This document shows positions 43,515 to 54,547 of a stretch of DNA of 64,000 bases, one piece after another. Positions within the stretch are counted from its first letter, which is position 1. Each line of letters opens with the position of its first letter. A model generated the notes under the pieces. The model had not been told where the DNA came from. It made no database searches and saw only the letters and a list, made by a program, of their open reading frames with translations. This DNA comes from Planctomycetota bacterium (GTDB taxonomy: Bacteria > Planctomycetota > UBA1135 > UBA2386), in contig OZ245838.1 of assembly GCA_965228735.1 (NCBI GenBank), positions 2,112,001-2,176,000 on the forward strand. Reading direction: 5' to 3'. A program made the position numbers and the translations under genes.

Positions 43515-44210
43515 ATGACCACCTTCCGCACCGCTCCCGCGATTCTCCTCGGCCTGCTGGCCGCGTGCGCAACCCCTTCCCCGGGTGACGGTTACGCCCA
43601 CAGCCTCGAGCTCGAGCTGTATGACCTGCAAACCAGTCAGCGGGTGTTTCGGGAACAGAACACCGTGCCTCAGGTCTTCAATTTCGAAGGCCACGGCCGC
43701 GTGACGGTGCGTGAGATCACGCTCGACGGGTTCCCGGGCAACACCTACCTGCGCTGCCGCTTCCACTACGAGAACCGCACGAAGAAGCCCGTGGTCCAGA
43801 GCTGGGTGATGCTCGACGTGCTCAACCCGAAGGGTGAGCTCGTGTCGAGCCAGGCAACCGTGTGCATCGTCCCCCACCCGATGCCGATCGGTCGCGGTGA
43901 GTTCGTCATGGACGAGCTGCGCACGCGCACCTACGGCGCCCACCTCGAAGAGGGCTGGGCCTGGCGCATCCGCTGCGTCGCGGAGCTGCAGGAGCCCGTC
44001 GAGCCGCTCGACCCGCCCGCGGACATGGGCGGCTGGCCGGTGTTCGACCCGATCATCATCAAGAACCGCGGCCAGAACGACTACGTGTTCGACGACTACT
44101 ACGACCAGTACCGCTGGCCGGCGCCCTACCGCGGCCCGGGCTACGGCCGCTACCTGCGCGACGGGCAGGGCTACCGCGTGCCCGGCGGCGGCGACCGCAA
44201 CTTCCGCTGA
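43515..44210 (+). CDS. Hypothetical lipoprotein
   Basis: Lipobox LAAC; GAGG upstream of the ATG. Confidence 0.8.
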   Translation: MTTFRTAPAILLGLLAACATPSPGDGYAHSLELELYDLQTSQRVFREQNTVPQVFNFEGHGRVTVREITLDGFPGNTYLRCRFHYENRTKKPVVQSWVMLDVLNPKGELVSSQATVCIVPHPMPIGRGEFVMDELRTRTYGAHLEEGWAWRIRCVAELQEPVEPLDPPADMGGWPVFDPIIIKNRGQNDYVFDDYYDQYRWPAPYRGPGYGRYLRDGQGYRVPGGGDRNFR

Positions 44211-44325
44211 GCCGGCAGCGCCGCTCTCCCCCCGCCCACCCCTTTGCCGCCGCTGCGCCGCCGCAGCGGGGGACGCGCGATGCTGCGGCATTCGGCGTCA
44301 ACTGGCCGGCGTCGACCGACCGGCG

Positions 44326-44871
44326 TCAGCCGCCGGTGAGCCAGCCCCAGACCGTTCGGGCCCCGGTCACGAACACGACGCCGAAGCCGACGAGCAGGAT
44401 CGCGACGATCACGAACGTGAACAGGCAGCCGAACCAACTGCCCTCGGGCGCGCGCGCGGCCGCGCCGCGCAGCCGCTCGTCGACGTCGCTGGCGGTCACG
44501 CCGTGGGTTTCGAGATCGCGCCGCACGCGCTCCGGATAGTCGGCGAACGGCACCTGCGCGCGGGCCTTCAAGGACTGCAGCAGCTTGCCCGGCTTGGTCG
44601 TCGAATCGACGAACTGGCGGATCGCAGCGTCGACGTCCGGCTCGCCGCGCACACCGCTCCAGAACAGCGCGCGACCGGCGCGCTTCGAAAACCCCGCGCC
44701 GAGCCACAACCGCCCGAGCCGTTCGAGCGCCCACGGCGTGTAGGCGTGCGTGTCGATCCAACTCTCGAGCAGTTCGACCGCGCGCCCGACGTCACCGCTC
44801 TCGACGGCGTCGTCGACCCGGCTCTGCCATTCCGCGGGAACCGGTTTCAGATCGTTGCCGGACCTGGCCAT
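44326..44871 (-). CDS. Hypothetical protein with C-terminal TM helix
   Basis: Co-directional with the M28 gene; TPR-like N-terminus; C-terminal hydrophobic helix. Confidence 0.7.
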   Translation of the reverse strand: MARSGNDLKPVPAEWQSRVDDAVESGDVGRAVELLESWIDTHAYTPWALERLGRLWLGAGFSKRAGRALFWSGVRGEPDVDAAIRQFVDSTTKPGKLLQSLKARAQVPFADYPERVRRDLETHGVTASDVDERLRGAAARAPEGSWFGCLFTFVIVAILLVGFGVVFVTGARTVWGWLTGG

Positions 44872-44895
44872 CGCGCTGTTCGACCAGCTCCAGGG

Positions 44896-46302
44896 TCAGC
44901 GCCCGCGCCGGCGCCGCTTGCTGCTCTCGAGCATCGCCTTGCCGGCCTCGTTCCACTGCGGCGGCGTTTCGCGGTCGGCGAGATCGCGCACGAACGCCGC
45001 GAGACCGCGGATGATCTGCGTCATGTGCGGGATGTCCAGCTTGCCGATCTCGTCCGAGGGCTTGTGGTAGTCGGCGTGCAGCGACCCGGCGCTGATCGAG
45101 TGCGCGACGATGCCGTGCTGCACGAACGGGTAGTTGTCGCTCGCGCGGAACAGCTGGCGCGCCATGCGGAACTCGGTGATCTCGACGCCGGCCGCGGGCA
45201 TCACCGCCGCGGCGATCGTCGCGAAGTCGCTGAACTCCGCACCGGTGATCCAGGCGTGGTTCTGCTTGCCCTCCTCGGGACGCCCGATCATCTCGATGTT
45301 GACGTTCGCGACGATCTGCTCGCGCGGCACGGGCGGCCGCTCGCAGAACGCGCGCGAACCACGCAGCCCCTTCTCCTCGGCCGAGAAACACACGAACAGG
45401 ATGCTGCGCTGCGGCGCCGGCATCTTCGCGAGCGCCTCGGCGAGCAACACGACGGCGGTCGTGCCCGTCGCGTTGTCGTCGGCGCCGTTGTAGATCGAAT
45501 CGCCGGCGGCCGCGGTGCCGACGCCGACGTGGTCGTAGTGCGCGCTGACGACGACGAACTCCGCGCTCTTCGTCGTGCCGGGCAGCAGACCGACGACGTT
45601 GCGCAGCGGGATCTCGGTGGCCTCGGCGAGCGGCGCCGTCCACGTCGCGGCCCACCCCGGCTCGGCGCCGCCGGGTTGGTGCGCGGGCAGGATGCCGTCG
45701 CGGACGACGAAGATCGGCCGCGACGCGCGCCGGCGCTGCGTCAGCATCGATCGCTTGCCCGCCGACTGGACCCAGTACGGATGGTCCTCGGGCACCTCGA
45801 GGATGATCGGCCGGCGCGCGGAGTTGGCGCGCAGCAGCTGGCGCAGCACGGGGTCGCCGATCTTGGCCACGGTCGCCGGCTCCTCGTCGCCGCCCTTCAC
45901 GTCCGCAGGGCGATACAGGCGCACGTCCTGGTCCGGCACGAGCTCGAACTCGACCTTCTTCTCGCCTTCCTTGCGCCCGATCGTGACCGTGATCGCGGTC
46001 GAGTCGAGGCGGACGCCCGGCAGCGTGTAGTCGTGCGCCCATGCTGCGCCCGGCACCGCCTTCAGGCCGGCCTCCTGGAACCGCTCGGTGAGCCAGTCGG
46101 CGGCGGCCTCGAGCTCGGGGCTCGGCGTGTCGCGACCGCGCCGTTCGTCGGCCGCGAGCCACGTGACGACTTCGCGCACGCGCTCCTCGGTCACGACGCG
46201 TTCGACGCTGGTCGTCTTGCCAGGGTCCTGCGCCGGCAGGGCGGCGGCGATGGCGGCGGTGGCGAGCACCGCGAACGGAGTGTGGCGAGCGAGGTCCGTC
46301 AT
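44896..46302 (-). CDS. Secreted M28 family metallopeptidase
   Basis: SAHYDH, NGADDNATG, SAEEKGLRGS, NIEMIGR, SDN, DYHKPSD. Confidence 0.93.
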   Translation of the reverse strand: MTDLARHTPFAVLATAAIAAALPAQDPGKTTSVERVVTEERVREVVTWLAADERRGRDTPSPELEAAADWLTERFQEAGLKAVPGAAWAHDYTLPGVRLDSTAITVTIGRKEGEKKVEFELVPDQDVRLYRPADVKGGDEEPATVAKIGDPVLRQLLRANSARRPIILEVPEDHPYWVQSAGKRSMLTQRRRASRPIFVVRDGILPAHQPGGAEPGWAATWTAPLAEATEIPLRNVVGLLPGTTKSAEFVVVSAHYDHVGVGTAAAGDSIYNGADDNATGTTAVVLLAEALAKMPAPQRSILFVCFSAEEKGLRGSRAFCERPPVPREQIVANVNIEMIGRPEEGKQNHAWITGAEFSDFATIAAAVMPAAGVEITEFRMARQLFRASDNYPFVQHGIVAHSISAGSLHADYHKPSDEIGKLDIPHMTQIIRGLAAFVRDLADRETPPQWNEAGKAMLESSKRRRRGR

Positions 46303-47126
46303 GAGAGGAGAGCGTTGAGGCTGCCGCTGCGGTAGCCGAAGACGTCGAGCGCGACGAAGGTATAGCCGACGGCCTGCAGGTCCCGGCCGACCGCTTCGCG
46401 TAGTTCGAACGCGCGCGGCAGTTCGTCACCCGCGACCTCGACTCGCGCCAGGCGGTCGTGGTGCCGCACGCGGAACTGCCGGAAGCCGCGCGCCTTGAGC
46501 GCGGCCTCCGCGCGTTCGACGCGGTCGAGGATCGTGCGGTCGATCGCGATCCCGTACGGCACGCGCGAGGACAGGCACGCGAAGCTCGGTTTGTCCGCGG
46601 TGCGCAGGCCGTGCTCGCGGCTGTAGCGCCGCACGTCGTCCTTGCCCATGCCGGCGTCGAGCAGGGGTGCCTGCACGCCGTGCTCGCTGGCCGCGCGCTG
46701 CCCGGGCCGGTGGTCGCCGAGGTCGTCGGTGATCGCGCCGTAGACGACGATCCAGGTCGCCGGCGCGATCGCCGCGCGCTGCTCCGCGACCTTGACGAAC
46801 AGTTCCTTCTTGCAGTGATAGCACCGGTCGCCCGCGTTCTCGCGATAGCCGGCCCGCGCCAGCTCGTCCGTCGGCAACACGACGTGCCGCACCGACAGCT
46901 CGCGCGCGAGCTCCGCCGCTTCCTGCAACTCCGCGCGCGGCAGCGACGGCGAGTCCGCGGTCACCGCGACGACCCGATCCCCGAGCACGGCGGCCGCGGC
47001 ATGCAGCAACGCGGTCGAGTCCACGCCCCCGGAGAACGCCACGACCGCGCCATCGAGCGCCGCGAGCTGCGCCCGCAGCGCGGCGACCTTCTCGACGAAC
47101 GGCAACGAACTCGCGGCAACCGACAT
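46299..47126 (-). CDS. larE: ATP-dependent sulfur transferase LarE family
   Basis: PP-loop AFSGGVDS, RCYHCK, DHRPG, KPSFACLSSRVPYG, RVRHH, GYRSGSLN. Confidence 0.92.
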   Translation of the reverse strand: MSVAASSLPFVEKVAALRAQLAALDGAVVAFSGGVDSTALLHAAAAVLGDRVVAVTADSPSLPRAELQEAAELARELSVRHVVLPTDELARAGYRENAGDRCYHCKKELFVKVAEQRAAIAPATWIVVYGAITDDLGDHRPGQRAASEHGVQAPLLDAGMGKDDVRRYSREHGLRTADKPSFACLSSRVPYGIAIDRTILDRVERAEAALKARGFRQFRVRHHDRLARVEVAGDELPRAFELREAVGRDLQAVGYTFVALDVFGYRSGSLNALLS

Positions 47127-47145
47127 GCCCCAGTCTTACCCCAGA

Positions 47146-47261
47146 TGGCGGTACCGAACCCGGTTCAAATCCGCCACCACCCCGCGACCACAAACCGCTA
47201 CCAGAACCCGCATCGACCGGCCCGGCAAGTGGCGGATTCGAACCGGGTTCGGTACGGCCAC
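47146..47261. repeat. REP/MITE-like inverted-repeat element (intact copy)
   Basis: Arms TGGCGGTACCGAACCCGGTTCAAATCCGCCAC and GTGGCGGATTCGAACCGGGTTCGGTACGGCCA are reverse complements with 2 mismatches, around a ~50-nt spacer. Confidence 0.88.
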
Positions 47262-47268
47262 GCCGGGG

Positions 47269-48237
47269 TCAGCTGCCGGGGCTGCAGCGGATCTCGTCGT
47301 CGGGGGTGAAGATCGAACGGGCGCGGACCTTGCCGTCCGGAACGTGAGCGCCGGGGAAGAGCAGGCAGTCGGTGAGGTGGACGTCCTTGCCGATGCGCGC
47401 ACCCTGCATCGCGATGCAGTTCTGCAGCGTGCTGTCGCCGGCCGTCTGCACGTCGTCGCCGATGTAGTTGCCGCTCGGATGACCGGCCTGGGCGAGCAGG
47501 CGCAGGTTCAGGTCGAGCAGATCGGCCGGGTAGCTCACGTTCATGTCGTCCATGACGACCTCGGCCGCTTCGACCGGATACCCGTCGTCGAGGAAGATCT
47601 GGATCGAGTCCGTGATCTCGTACTCGTTCCGCATCGCGGTGCGCGGCGTGCGGCGAACCGCGTCGAAGAACGACAGGTCGAACAGATAGATGCCGCAGCC
47701 CTTGAGATCGGTGCGCGGATGCCGCGGCTTCTCGATGACGCGCTGCACGACGTTGCGTTCGTCCGTGAGCACGACGAAGTTGCGCTTGATCAACTCGCGA
47801 TCCGGCTCGCGCTTGCACGCGAGCACGCCGCCGAGCTCCGCGGTGCGAAAGCGCTCCACCATCGACGCGACGTTCTCGGTCGCGAAGAAGATGTCGCCGA
47901 GGAACAGGAAGAACGGGCGGTCGACGTGGGCCTCGAGCCGGGACACCGCGTGCGCGATGCCGAGCGTCTCCTCCTGCTCGACGTAGCTGATCTGCACCCC
48001 CCAGCGGCTGCCGTCGCCGAGCGCGCGCACGACCTCGTGCCCGAGGTGGCCGATCACGACGACGACGCGGCGGATGCCGAGCCCGGCCATCATCTCCAGC
48101 TGATAGCTCACCAGCGGCTTGCCGAGCACCGGCAGGATCGGCTTGGGCCAATGCTCGGAGAACGGCCGCATGCGCGTGCCCTTGCCCGCGGCAAGGACCA
48201 CGCCCATGAACTCACCGCTGTCGCCGCCGGCGCTCAC
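47269..48237 (-). CDS. Sugar-phosphate nucleotidyltransferase (RmlA/NTP-transferase family)
   Basis: VVLAAGKGTRMRP..PKPILPV, LGIAHAV, FLGD, EKP, EYEITD. Confidence 0.9.
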   Translation of the reverse strand: MSAGGDSGEFMGVVLAAGKGTRMRPFSEHWPKPILPVLGKPLVSYQLEMMAGLGIRRVVVVIGHLGHEVVRALGDGSRWGVQISYVEQEETLGIAHAVSRLEAHVDRPFFLFLGDIFFATENVASMVERFRTAELGGVLACKREPDRELIKRNFVVLTDERNVVQRVIEKPRHPRTDLKGCGIYLFDLSFFDAVRRTPRTAMRNEYEITDSIQIFLDDGYPVEAAEVVMDDMNVSYPADLLDLNLRLLAQAGHPSGNYIGDDVQTAGDSTLQNCIAMQGARIGKDVHLTDCLLFPGAHVPDGKVRARSIFTPDDEIRCSPGS

Positions 48238-50477
48238 TGCTGCGGCGTGGTCGCCAGCAGCGCGACGTCCTGGAAGATGTTGCGCACCAGCGAGACACGG
48301 TTCGTGACGAGGCTCGCGATCAGCAGGTCGCGGCGGCCGTCGCCGTCCATGTCCTGCAGGTCGGCATCGGACGCGCCGAGCGTGCCCGGGAAGCGCGACA
48401 CGAGCGGGAAGCCGCCGTTGCCGTCACCGACGAGCACGCGGAAGTCACCGCTCTGCAGCGAGGTCACGAGCACGTCGGTGATGCCGTCACCGCTCAGATC
48501 GTCCGCGAGCAGCGCCGTCGGCGTCTGGCCGGCCGGGAAGCTCACACCATCGAAGCCCGCTGCGCTGCCGTAGAGGATCGAGACCGTGCCGTCCGCGCCG
48601 TTGCTGACGACGAGGTCGGCGACCGAGTCGCGGTTGAAGTCGCCGGTGATGAGGTAGTTGGGCGACTGGCCCACCGGCACCGAGAGCGCCTGGGCGAAAT
48701 CACCGGCGCCGTCGTTCGAGAGCACCGTGATGTCGGCCATGTCCGTGCGCGACACCGCGAGGTCGACGACACCGTCCCCGGTGAAGTCGGCGGCGACGAG
48801 ATCCGTCGGCTGACCGCCCAAGGCCACCGTCCGTTCGTTGCCGAACGCGAACGGCGCGCCGAGCCCGTCGACGATGTGCACCGCACCGCCGCTGTAGTTG
48901 CAGACCGCGATGTCGAGCTGGTCGTCGTTGTTGAAGTCGGCACTCGTGACGCCGAACGGCAGGTTCGACGCCGGAATCGCGACGACGAGACCCGGCAGCA
49001 CGGTGAACGCGTAGTTGCCCGGGGTCGAGTCGTTGCGCAGCACCTTCACGCCCGTCGCGACCGATGCGAGCACGTCCAGGCGACCGTCACGATCGAGGTC
49101 GACCGTCTCGATCTGCAGCACCGCCGCGCCGACGTCGACCATCAGCGCGGGCACGAGTGCGCCCTTCGCGTTGCGTTCGAGGATGCTGATCTGCGTGTCG
49201 GTGTAGCCGCCGACGGCCACCTCGACGTCGCCGTCGCCATCGACATCGGCCGCCCCGAGGAACGACGCGCGGGTGATGCCGGCGTCGTAGCTGCGGGCAC
49301 CGAGGACGCGGCCATCGGGCGCGCCGAGCCACAGGTTGACGCGGTCCCCGAGGCCACTGAGCGCCATGAGGTCGTTCACGCCGTTCTGGTCGACGTCACC
49401 GACGAACGGCCGCAGCGGCAGGCCGGTCGCATCGAGTTGCTCGAACTCGTTGAGCACGCCGCCCGGCTGCTGCGGGATCACGACGATGCTCGCGTTGGAT
49501 TCCTGGCACGCGATCACGTCCTGCAGACCGTCACCCGTGACGTCGCCGATCGTGCAGAGCGTCGGCGGCGCGGTGAGCTGGACCGCGATGCGCGTGACCG
49601 GCACGACGCCGCCGTTGGCCGACCCGTAGTCGATGCCCGTGACGACGACGATCTGACCCGTGTTGGCGGCCGACAGCGCGATGTCGTTGAAGCCGTCACC
49701 CGTGACGTCGCCGATCGCCGCGGCCCGCGGCCGACCCGGGATGTCGAACTCGTAGGTGCCCTGCACCTGGCCGACCGACATCACGTAGACGACGACGCGC
49801 GAGTTGGCCGTGTCCGTGACCACGAGGTCCGGCACGCTGTCGCGCGAGACGTCGCCGACCGCGAGGTTGAACGCCACCCCACCACCGGGCAGCGCGGGTG
49901 CCGGCCCGATGGCGAACAGCCCGGTGCCGCCGTTCAGGAACGTCACGATCTCGGGTGCCGTCTGCCGCGTCGCGACGATGTCGTTGTCGCCATCGTTGTC
50001 GATGTCGGCCGCGACCACCGCGAGCGCGTCGGAGCCGACGACGAGCGAGGTGAACGCCGTGAACGTGCCCGAGCCGTCGTTGAGGTAGACATCGGCCGTC
50101 TGGTTGCCCGCCCGCATCACGACGAGGTCGCGATCCAGGTCGCCGTCGAAGTCCGCGCCATCCATCCAGATCGGCGCGCCGTCGATCTGCAGCAGCTGCC
50201 CGTCGTCGTAGGTCGTGCCGTTGCCGATCAGGATCTTCAGTTCACCCGTCAGGCTCACGACGGCCATGTCGAGGATGTTGTCGCCGTTGAGGTCCGCGAC
50301 GTGATAGTCGGCGTGCGCACCCGTGCCGGTGTTGATCTCGAGCCGGGTCTCGAACAGCGGGACGCCCGCGGTGGCGGACGGTGACGCACCCGAATGACGG
50401 GCGCAACCGGTGCCGAGGGCGAGCAGCGGCAGCAGGGCGAGACCGGGGAGAAGCTTGGGAAAGCTGTGGATATTCAT
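48234..50477 (-). CDS. FG-GAP/VCBS repeat lipoprotein
   Basis: Lipobox-like GTGC; many DxxGDGxxD repeats. Confidence 0.9.
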   Translation of the reverse strand: MNIHSFPKLLPGLALLPLLALGTGCARHSGASPSATAGVPLFETRLEINTGTGAHADYHVADLNGDNILDMAVVSLTGELKILIGNGTTYDDGQLLQIDGAPIWMDGADFDGDLDRDLVVMRAGNQTADVYLNDGSGTFTAFTSLVVGSDALAVVAADIDNDGDNDIVATRQTAPEIVTFLNGGTGLFAIGPAPALPGGGVAFNLAVGDVSRDSVPDLVVTDTANSRVVVYVMSVGQVQGTYEFDIPGRPRAAAIGDVTGDGFNDIALSAANTGQIVVVTGIDYGSANGGVVPVTRIAVQLTAPPTLCTIGDVTGDGLQDVIACQESNASIVVIPQQPGGVLNEFEQLDATGLPLRPFVGDVDQNGVNDLMALSGLGDRVNLWLGAPDGRVLGARSYDAGITRASFLGAADVDGDGDVEVAVGGYTDTQISILERNAKGALVPALMVDVGAAVLQIETVDLDRDGRLDVLASVATGVKVLRNDSTPGNYAFTVLPGLVVAIPASNLPFGVTSADFNNDDQLDIAVCNYSGGAVHIVDGLGAPFAFGNERTVALGGQPTDLVAADFTGDGVVDLAVSRTDMADITVLSNDGAGDFAQALSVPVGQSPNYLITGDFNRDSVADLVVSNGADGTVSILYGSAAGFDGVSFPAGQTPTALLADDLSGDGITDVLVTSLQSGDFRVLVGDGNGGFPLVSRFPGTLGASDADLQDMDGDGRRDLLIASLVTNRVSLVRNIFQDVALLATTPQQ

Positions 50478-50604
50478 TTGGGGAGATCGAGCGCGGCCGC
50501 TGGTTGGAGCGACCTAGCGAAGCGTATCACCCCTGCAACCTGCCCCCGGCCGTAATGTTGCGCAATCTTCCGAAAACCCGGTGGCACCGAAGGTTGCGAC
50601 GACA

Positions 50605-51174
50605 CTACGAGCCGGGGCCGCCATCTTCGGGCCGCAAGTAGCTTACGGCGCGCTGCACGTAGTGCGACGCCCGCCAGCGCTGCCCCGCCATCTCGTCCTC
50701 CGTAACCTCACGCACGACCTTGCCCGGCATGCCGAGCACGACGGACCGCGGTGGGATGACGGCGTCCTCCTTGATCAGGGCGCCGGCCCCGATGATCGAG
50801 TACTCGCCGATGCGGGCGCCGCCGAGCACGATGCTGCCCATCCCGATCAGCGCGTAGTCGCCGATCTCGACGCCGTGCACGATCGCCGAGTGGCCGATCG
50901 TCACGCCCTTGCCGATCCGCATCGGCGCGCCGACGTCGATGTGCACGCACGTGTTGTCCTGCACGTTCGTGTCGTCGCCGATCTCGATCCAGGCATCATC
51001 GCCGCGGATCGTCACGCCGAACCAGATGCCCACGTTCTTGCCGAGCCGCACGTCGCCGACCACCGTCGCGTTGTCGGCGATCATCGCGTCGCCGCGCCTG
51101 GTGAAGCGGCCGACCATGTCGGGATGAACGAGGAACTCGCGGGACTCGGGGTTGCCGGTGTAGTCGGGGCTCAT
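50605..51174 (-). CDS. Gamma carbonic anhydrase family protein
   Basis: VVGDV, IRGD, TNVQDN..H, TIGH.AIVHG, hexapeptide repeats. Confidence 0.92.
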   Translation of the reverse strand: MSPDYTGNPESREFLVHPDMVGRFTRRGDAMIADNATVVGDVRLGKNVGIWFGVTIRGDDAWIEIGDDTNVQDNTCVHIDVGAPMRIGKGVTIGHSAIVHGVEIGDYALIGMGSIVLGGARIGEYSIIGAGALIKEDAVIPPRSVVLGMPGKVVREVTEDEMAGQRWRASHYVQRAVSYLRPEDGGPGS

Positions 51175-51827
51175 GCGGGATACATCCAGTCGAGGGTCTC
51201 GGGGAACAGCACCGCGACCGTGACCGTGATGCCGTTGTGCAGCGCGTGCGCGAGCATCGCCGGCAACAGCGCGTCGTGCCGCGCGCGCAGGTAGCCGAAC
51301 AGCAGCGACAGCACGCCGACCGGGAACGCGTACTCGAGGCCGTGCACGAGCCCGAAGACGGTCGCGGTCAGCAGATGCGTCCACACCTTCGGCAGGTACG
51401 CGGCGAATCCGGCGAACAGGTAACCGCGGAACAGGATCTCCTCCCAGATCGGCGCGATGACGACGATCACGATGAGCCTCACGGCGAAGCCATCGGTCGA
51501 GCTACCGCCGTCCGCGAGCCCCTGCAGCTCCGGCTGCGGCGCCACCGGGAACCCGACCGCGTGCATGATGTGCAGGTAGCCGAGTGCGATACCCAACCAC
51601 GCGATGAAGAACGGCGGGTAGACCAGCAGCACGCCGCGCCACGCCATCGGCGCGTAGCCGACCCGCGGCGGCCAGACCGAAGCCAGCAGCCCGAACAGCA
51701 CGAGGCCCGCGAGCAGATCGACGGTTGCCGCGATCACGTAGACGGCCGCGGCGGCGAGCACCTGCAGCGCGGGCCGCGGCGGCGGGGTCGCCGTGGCCGG
51801 GCCGGGAGCAGCGCTCGGGTCGCTCAT
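51171..51827 (-). CDS. CPBP (CAAX/Abi) intramembrane metalloprotease
   Basis: [21 protein letters not shown]. Confidence 0.92.
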   Translation of the reverse strand: MSDPSAAPGPATATPPPRPALQVLAAAAVYVIAATVDLLAGLVLFGLLASVWPPRVGYAPMAWRGVLLVYPPFFIAWLGIALGYLHIMHAVGFPVAPQPELQGLADGGSSTDGFAVRLIVIVVIAPIWEEILFRGYLFAGFAAYLPKVWTHLLTATVFGLVHGLEYAFPVGVLSLLFGYLRARHDALLPAMLAHALHNGITVTVAVLFPETLDWMYPA

Positions 51828-52612
51828 TCGCCCGCGATCACGCCGCTCGTCGGCGACGACGCGCTCGCGTAGAGCCGCCGATCGATGCGACCGGCGAGGA
51901 ACGCGTCGCGACCGGCCTCGGCCGCCGCCTTCATCGCGCGCGCCATGCGGACCGGGTCCTTCGCGAGCGCGACGCCGGTGTTGAGCAGCACACCCGCCGC
52001 GCCGAGTTCGAACGCGACGGTCACGTCACTCGCGGTGCCGACGCCCGCGTCGACGATCACCGGCACGCTCGCGCGCTCGAGGATGATGCGGATGTTGTTG
52101 GGGTTGAGGATGCCCTGGCCGCTGCCGATCGGCGCGCCGGCCGGCATGACCGCGGTGACGCCCGTGTCCTCGAGGCGCTTCGCGAGCACGGGGTCGTCGC
52201 TCGTGTAGCAGAGCACCGTGAAGTCCTCGTTCACGAGCGTCTTCGCGGCCTCGAGCGTGCCGACGGGATCGGGCAGCAGCGTCTGCGGATCGCCGAGGAC
52301 CTCGAGCTTGACGAGGTCCCCCATGCCGAGTTCGCGACCGAGGCGCGCCGCGCGCACCGCGTGGTCCGCATCGAAGCAGCCCGCGGTGTTGGGCAGCAGC
52401 ACGTACTTCTCGCGCGGCAGGTAATCGAGCAGCGTCTTGCCCTCGGGCACGCCGATCTGCATCCGGCGCACCGCGACCGTCACGCATTGCGTGCCCGAGA
52501 CCTCGAGGGCCTGCACCATCGAGTCCATCGAGGGGTACTTGCCGGTGCCGAGGAACAGGCGGGATTCGAACGTGTGCTGGCCCAGGACCAGCGGCTTGTC
52601 GACGAGCGTCAC
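51824..52612 (-). CDS. thiG: Thiazole synthase
   Basis: [45 protein letters not shown]. Confidence 0.96.
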   Translation of the reverse strand: MTLVDKPLVLGQHTFESRLFLGTGKYPSMDSMVQALEVSGTQCVTVAVRRMQIGVPEGKTLLDYLPREKYVLLPNTAGCFDADHAVRAARLGRELGMGDLVKLEVLGDPQTLLPDPVGTLEAAKTLVNEDFTVLCYTSDDPVLAKRLEDTGVTAVMPAGAPIGSGQGILNPNNIRIILERASVPVIVDAGVGTASDVTVAFELGAAGVLLNTGVALAKDPVRMARAMKAAAEAGRDAFLAGRIDRRLYASASSPTSGVIAGE

Positions 52613-52688
52613 GGGAACGATCGTGCAAGAACGGGCGATGCCAGGCAAGGCTGCCCACGCGCCGCATCGTTGACGTATGGTCCGGGCC

Positions 52689-54419
52689 ATGCACTTGCCT
52701 CGCCCGATGCTCTCGACCGTCCTGGCCCTCGCCGGCCTCGGCGGCGCCCCGGCGTTCGCCCAGGAGGTCCTGCTCCCGGTCCAGGACCTGCTCTGCGATT
52801 CGACGATCCGACCGGGCTACCTCGACCACATCGGCGACGAGTACCACCGCCCGAGCCGGCTCTTCGCGGGCGAGACCCAGCTCGGCGGCCGGCCGTTGAA
52901 CTGGGACGACGAGCGCGTCGAACGCCGCGGCTCCGGCTATTTCACCGAGTCGCAACTGCAGGACATCCTCGGCGCGGTCGGGATCGCCGGCGGCGCGCGC
53001 ATCTGGAACGGCGCGCTCGTCGTGACCGAGGGCGACGCCGAGCAGGCCCGCGAACGGCTCGCCCAGCTGCGCCGCGCGCTGCCGCCGCTGCTCGCGGTGC
53101 ACGCCCGGCTGGTCGAAACGAAGAACGGCAAGGTTCGCGTGCGCTTCGAACGCCACGCCGAGCTCGTTCCCGGCCGCGTGAACGTACTCAGCGATCTGCG
53201 CGAGCGCACCGCCGTGCTGGACTTCGACGTCGAGATCGCGCAGGCGTCGATGATCTCCAACCCGATGCACCGCGAGGTCCGCTCCGGCACGATGCTCGCG
53301 ATCCGGCCGCAGCTCACGCCGAGTGCGGAGTGGGGCCTGCTCGAGGTGATCGCGCGCTGCGCCGACGACGATCCGAGCTCGAAGATCGAGACCGGGCACC
53401 ACAGCGTGGGTCCGATCGACCGCGTGCCGCTGCAGATCGCCGAGGCCGGGCGGGTCGTGCTCGCCCGCCCCGGCAAGACGACGGTGCACCGCTGGTCGTC
53501 ACAGCAAGGCGCGTTCGAGCTCGCGCTCACCGTGAGCTGGCAGCTGCGCCCGCCGGTCCGCGTCGGCGGCCAGGACTTCGGCGTCTTCTCCGTGCGCGGT
53601 GGACTGCCGGGCTTTCGCAGCGTGCGGGTCGACGCGCGGAACTTCGAATCGCTGTTCAACCCCGACGACGACGACGACCCGTGGTCTCTGATCGAGGACA
53701 TCGCCGGCGCCGAGGCGCAGTGGCTGTCGGAGCCCGATCTCGAGGAGGCGCCGTTCGCCGAACGCTACGTTGCGGTCGGGCGCGCGCACTGGGCGGCGGG
53801 CGCTGCGGTCATGCGCTGGTTCGAGTCCAAGACGGCCGGGCCGGTCGTGACGATTCGTTGTCTCGAGGTGCCCGCCGGCACCGCGGTCGATGCGGCGCTG
53901 GCAGAGGCGCCGCCGGCCGGCGTCCACGAGGTCGCGAGCGCGACCATGAGTCAGGTCGACGGCACGTGGAGCACGAGCGCGGTGCGCCGCGATCGCACGG
54001 TGCTCTACGACTGGGACTGCGAGGTCGCGAACGCGTCGCGCATTCCGGATCCGAAGTGTCGGCGCATGGACGACGGCGCGGTGTTCAACGTGCGCCGCTT
54101 CGGCGATCGCTTCGAGGTCGAGATCGACCTCTCGCGCGAGCTCGATGCGGGGTTGAAGGAGCTCACGCTCGGCGCCGCGGTCGCCGCGCCGCCCACCGTG
54201 CAGGTTTCCGCGCACAACAACAGCGTGCAGCAGTCGAGCTCGCCGGCCGTGCAGCTGCCGGCCGACCAGGTGATCGTCGAGCAGCCGCTGTTCGCGCAGC
54301 TGCCCGTGCGCTTCGGTCGCACCGTCGCGGCCGGGCAGCGCGCGACGTGGCGCGCGTCGGCGAACGAACTGCTCGGTGACGGGCGTGAGTTGCTCGTCGT
54401 GCTGGAGCGCGAGAAGTAG
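52689..54419 (+). CDS. Secreted hypothetical protein with two DVEIAQ-type modules (paralog 1)
   Basis: Signal peptide ending [15 protein letters not shown] and [13 protein letters not shown]. Confidence 0.75.
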   Translation: MHLPRPMLSTVLALAGLGGAPAFAQEVLLPVQDLLCDSTIRPGYLDHIGDEYHRPSRLFAGETQLGGRPLNWDDERVERRGSGYFTESQLQDILGAVGIAGGARIWNGALVVTEGDAEQARERLAQLRRALPPLLAVHARLVETKNGKVRVRFERHAELVPGRVNVLSDLRERTAVLDFDVEIAQASMISNPMHREVRSGTMLAIRPQLTPSAEWGLLEVIARCADDDPSSKIETGHHSVGPIDRVPLQIAEAGRVVLARPGKTTVHRWSSQQGAFELALTVSWQLRPPVRVGGQDFGVFSVRGGLPGFRSVRVDARNFESLFNPDDDDDPWSLIEDIAGAEAQWLSEPDLEEAPFAERYVAVGRAHWAAGAAVMRWFESKTAGPVVTIRCLEVPAGTAVDAALAEAPPAGVHEVASATMSQVDGTWSTSAVRRDRTVLYDWDCEVANASRIPDPKCRRMDDGAVFNVRRFGDRFEVEIDLSRELDAGLKELTLGAAVAAPPTVQVSAHNNSVQQSSSPAVQLPADQVIVEQPLFAQLPVRFGRTVAAGQRATWRASANELLGDGRELLVVLEREK

Positions 54420-54547
54420 CGATCGGCACGGGCTTTGCGGCTGCGGAGGGTGGCCGCTGGTGCGTTCCAACCGCCGGTCGTCGTGACCACGACGGCGGTT
54501 CGGACCTGACGCCGACCGAGCTGTCCGTTCCAAGACCCCACAAGCCC

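Noticed and set aside
47160..47180. tRNA-like GGTTCAAATCC...CCACCA
   Set aside because: Resembles a T-arm but has only a 3-bp stem and no D arm, anticodon arm or acceptor stem; explained as the repeat arm.
52613..52688. TPP riboswitch upstream of thiG
   Set aside because: The region is short and lacks the CUGAGA and ACCUG core motifs.
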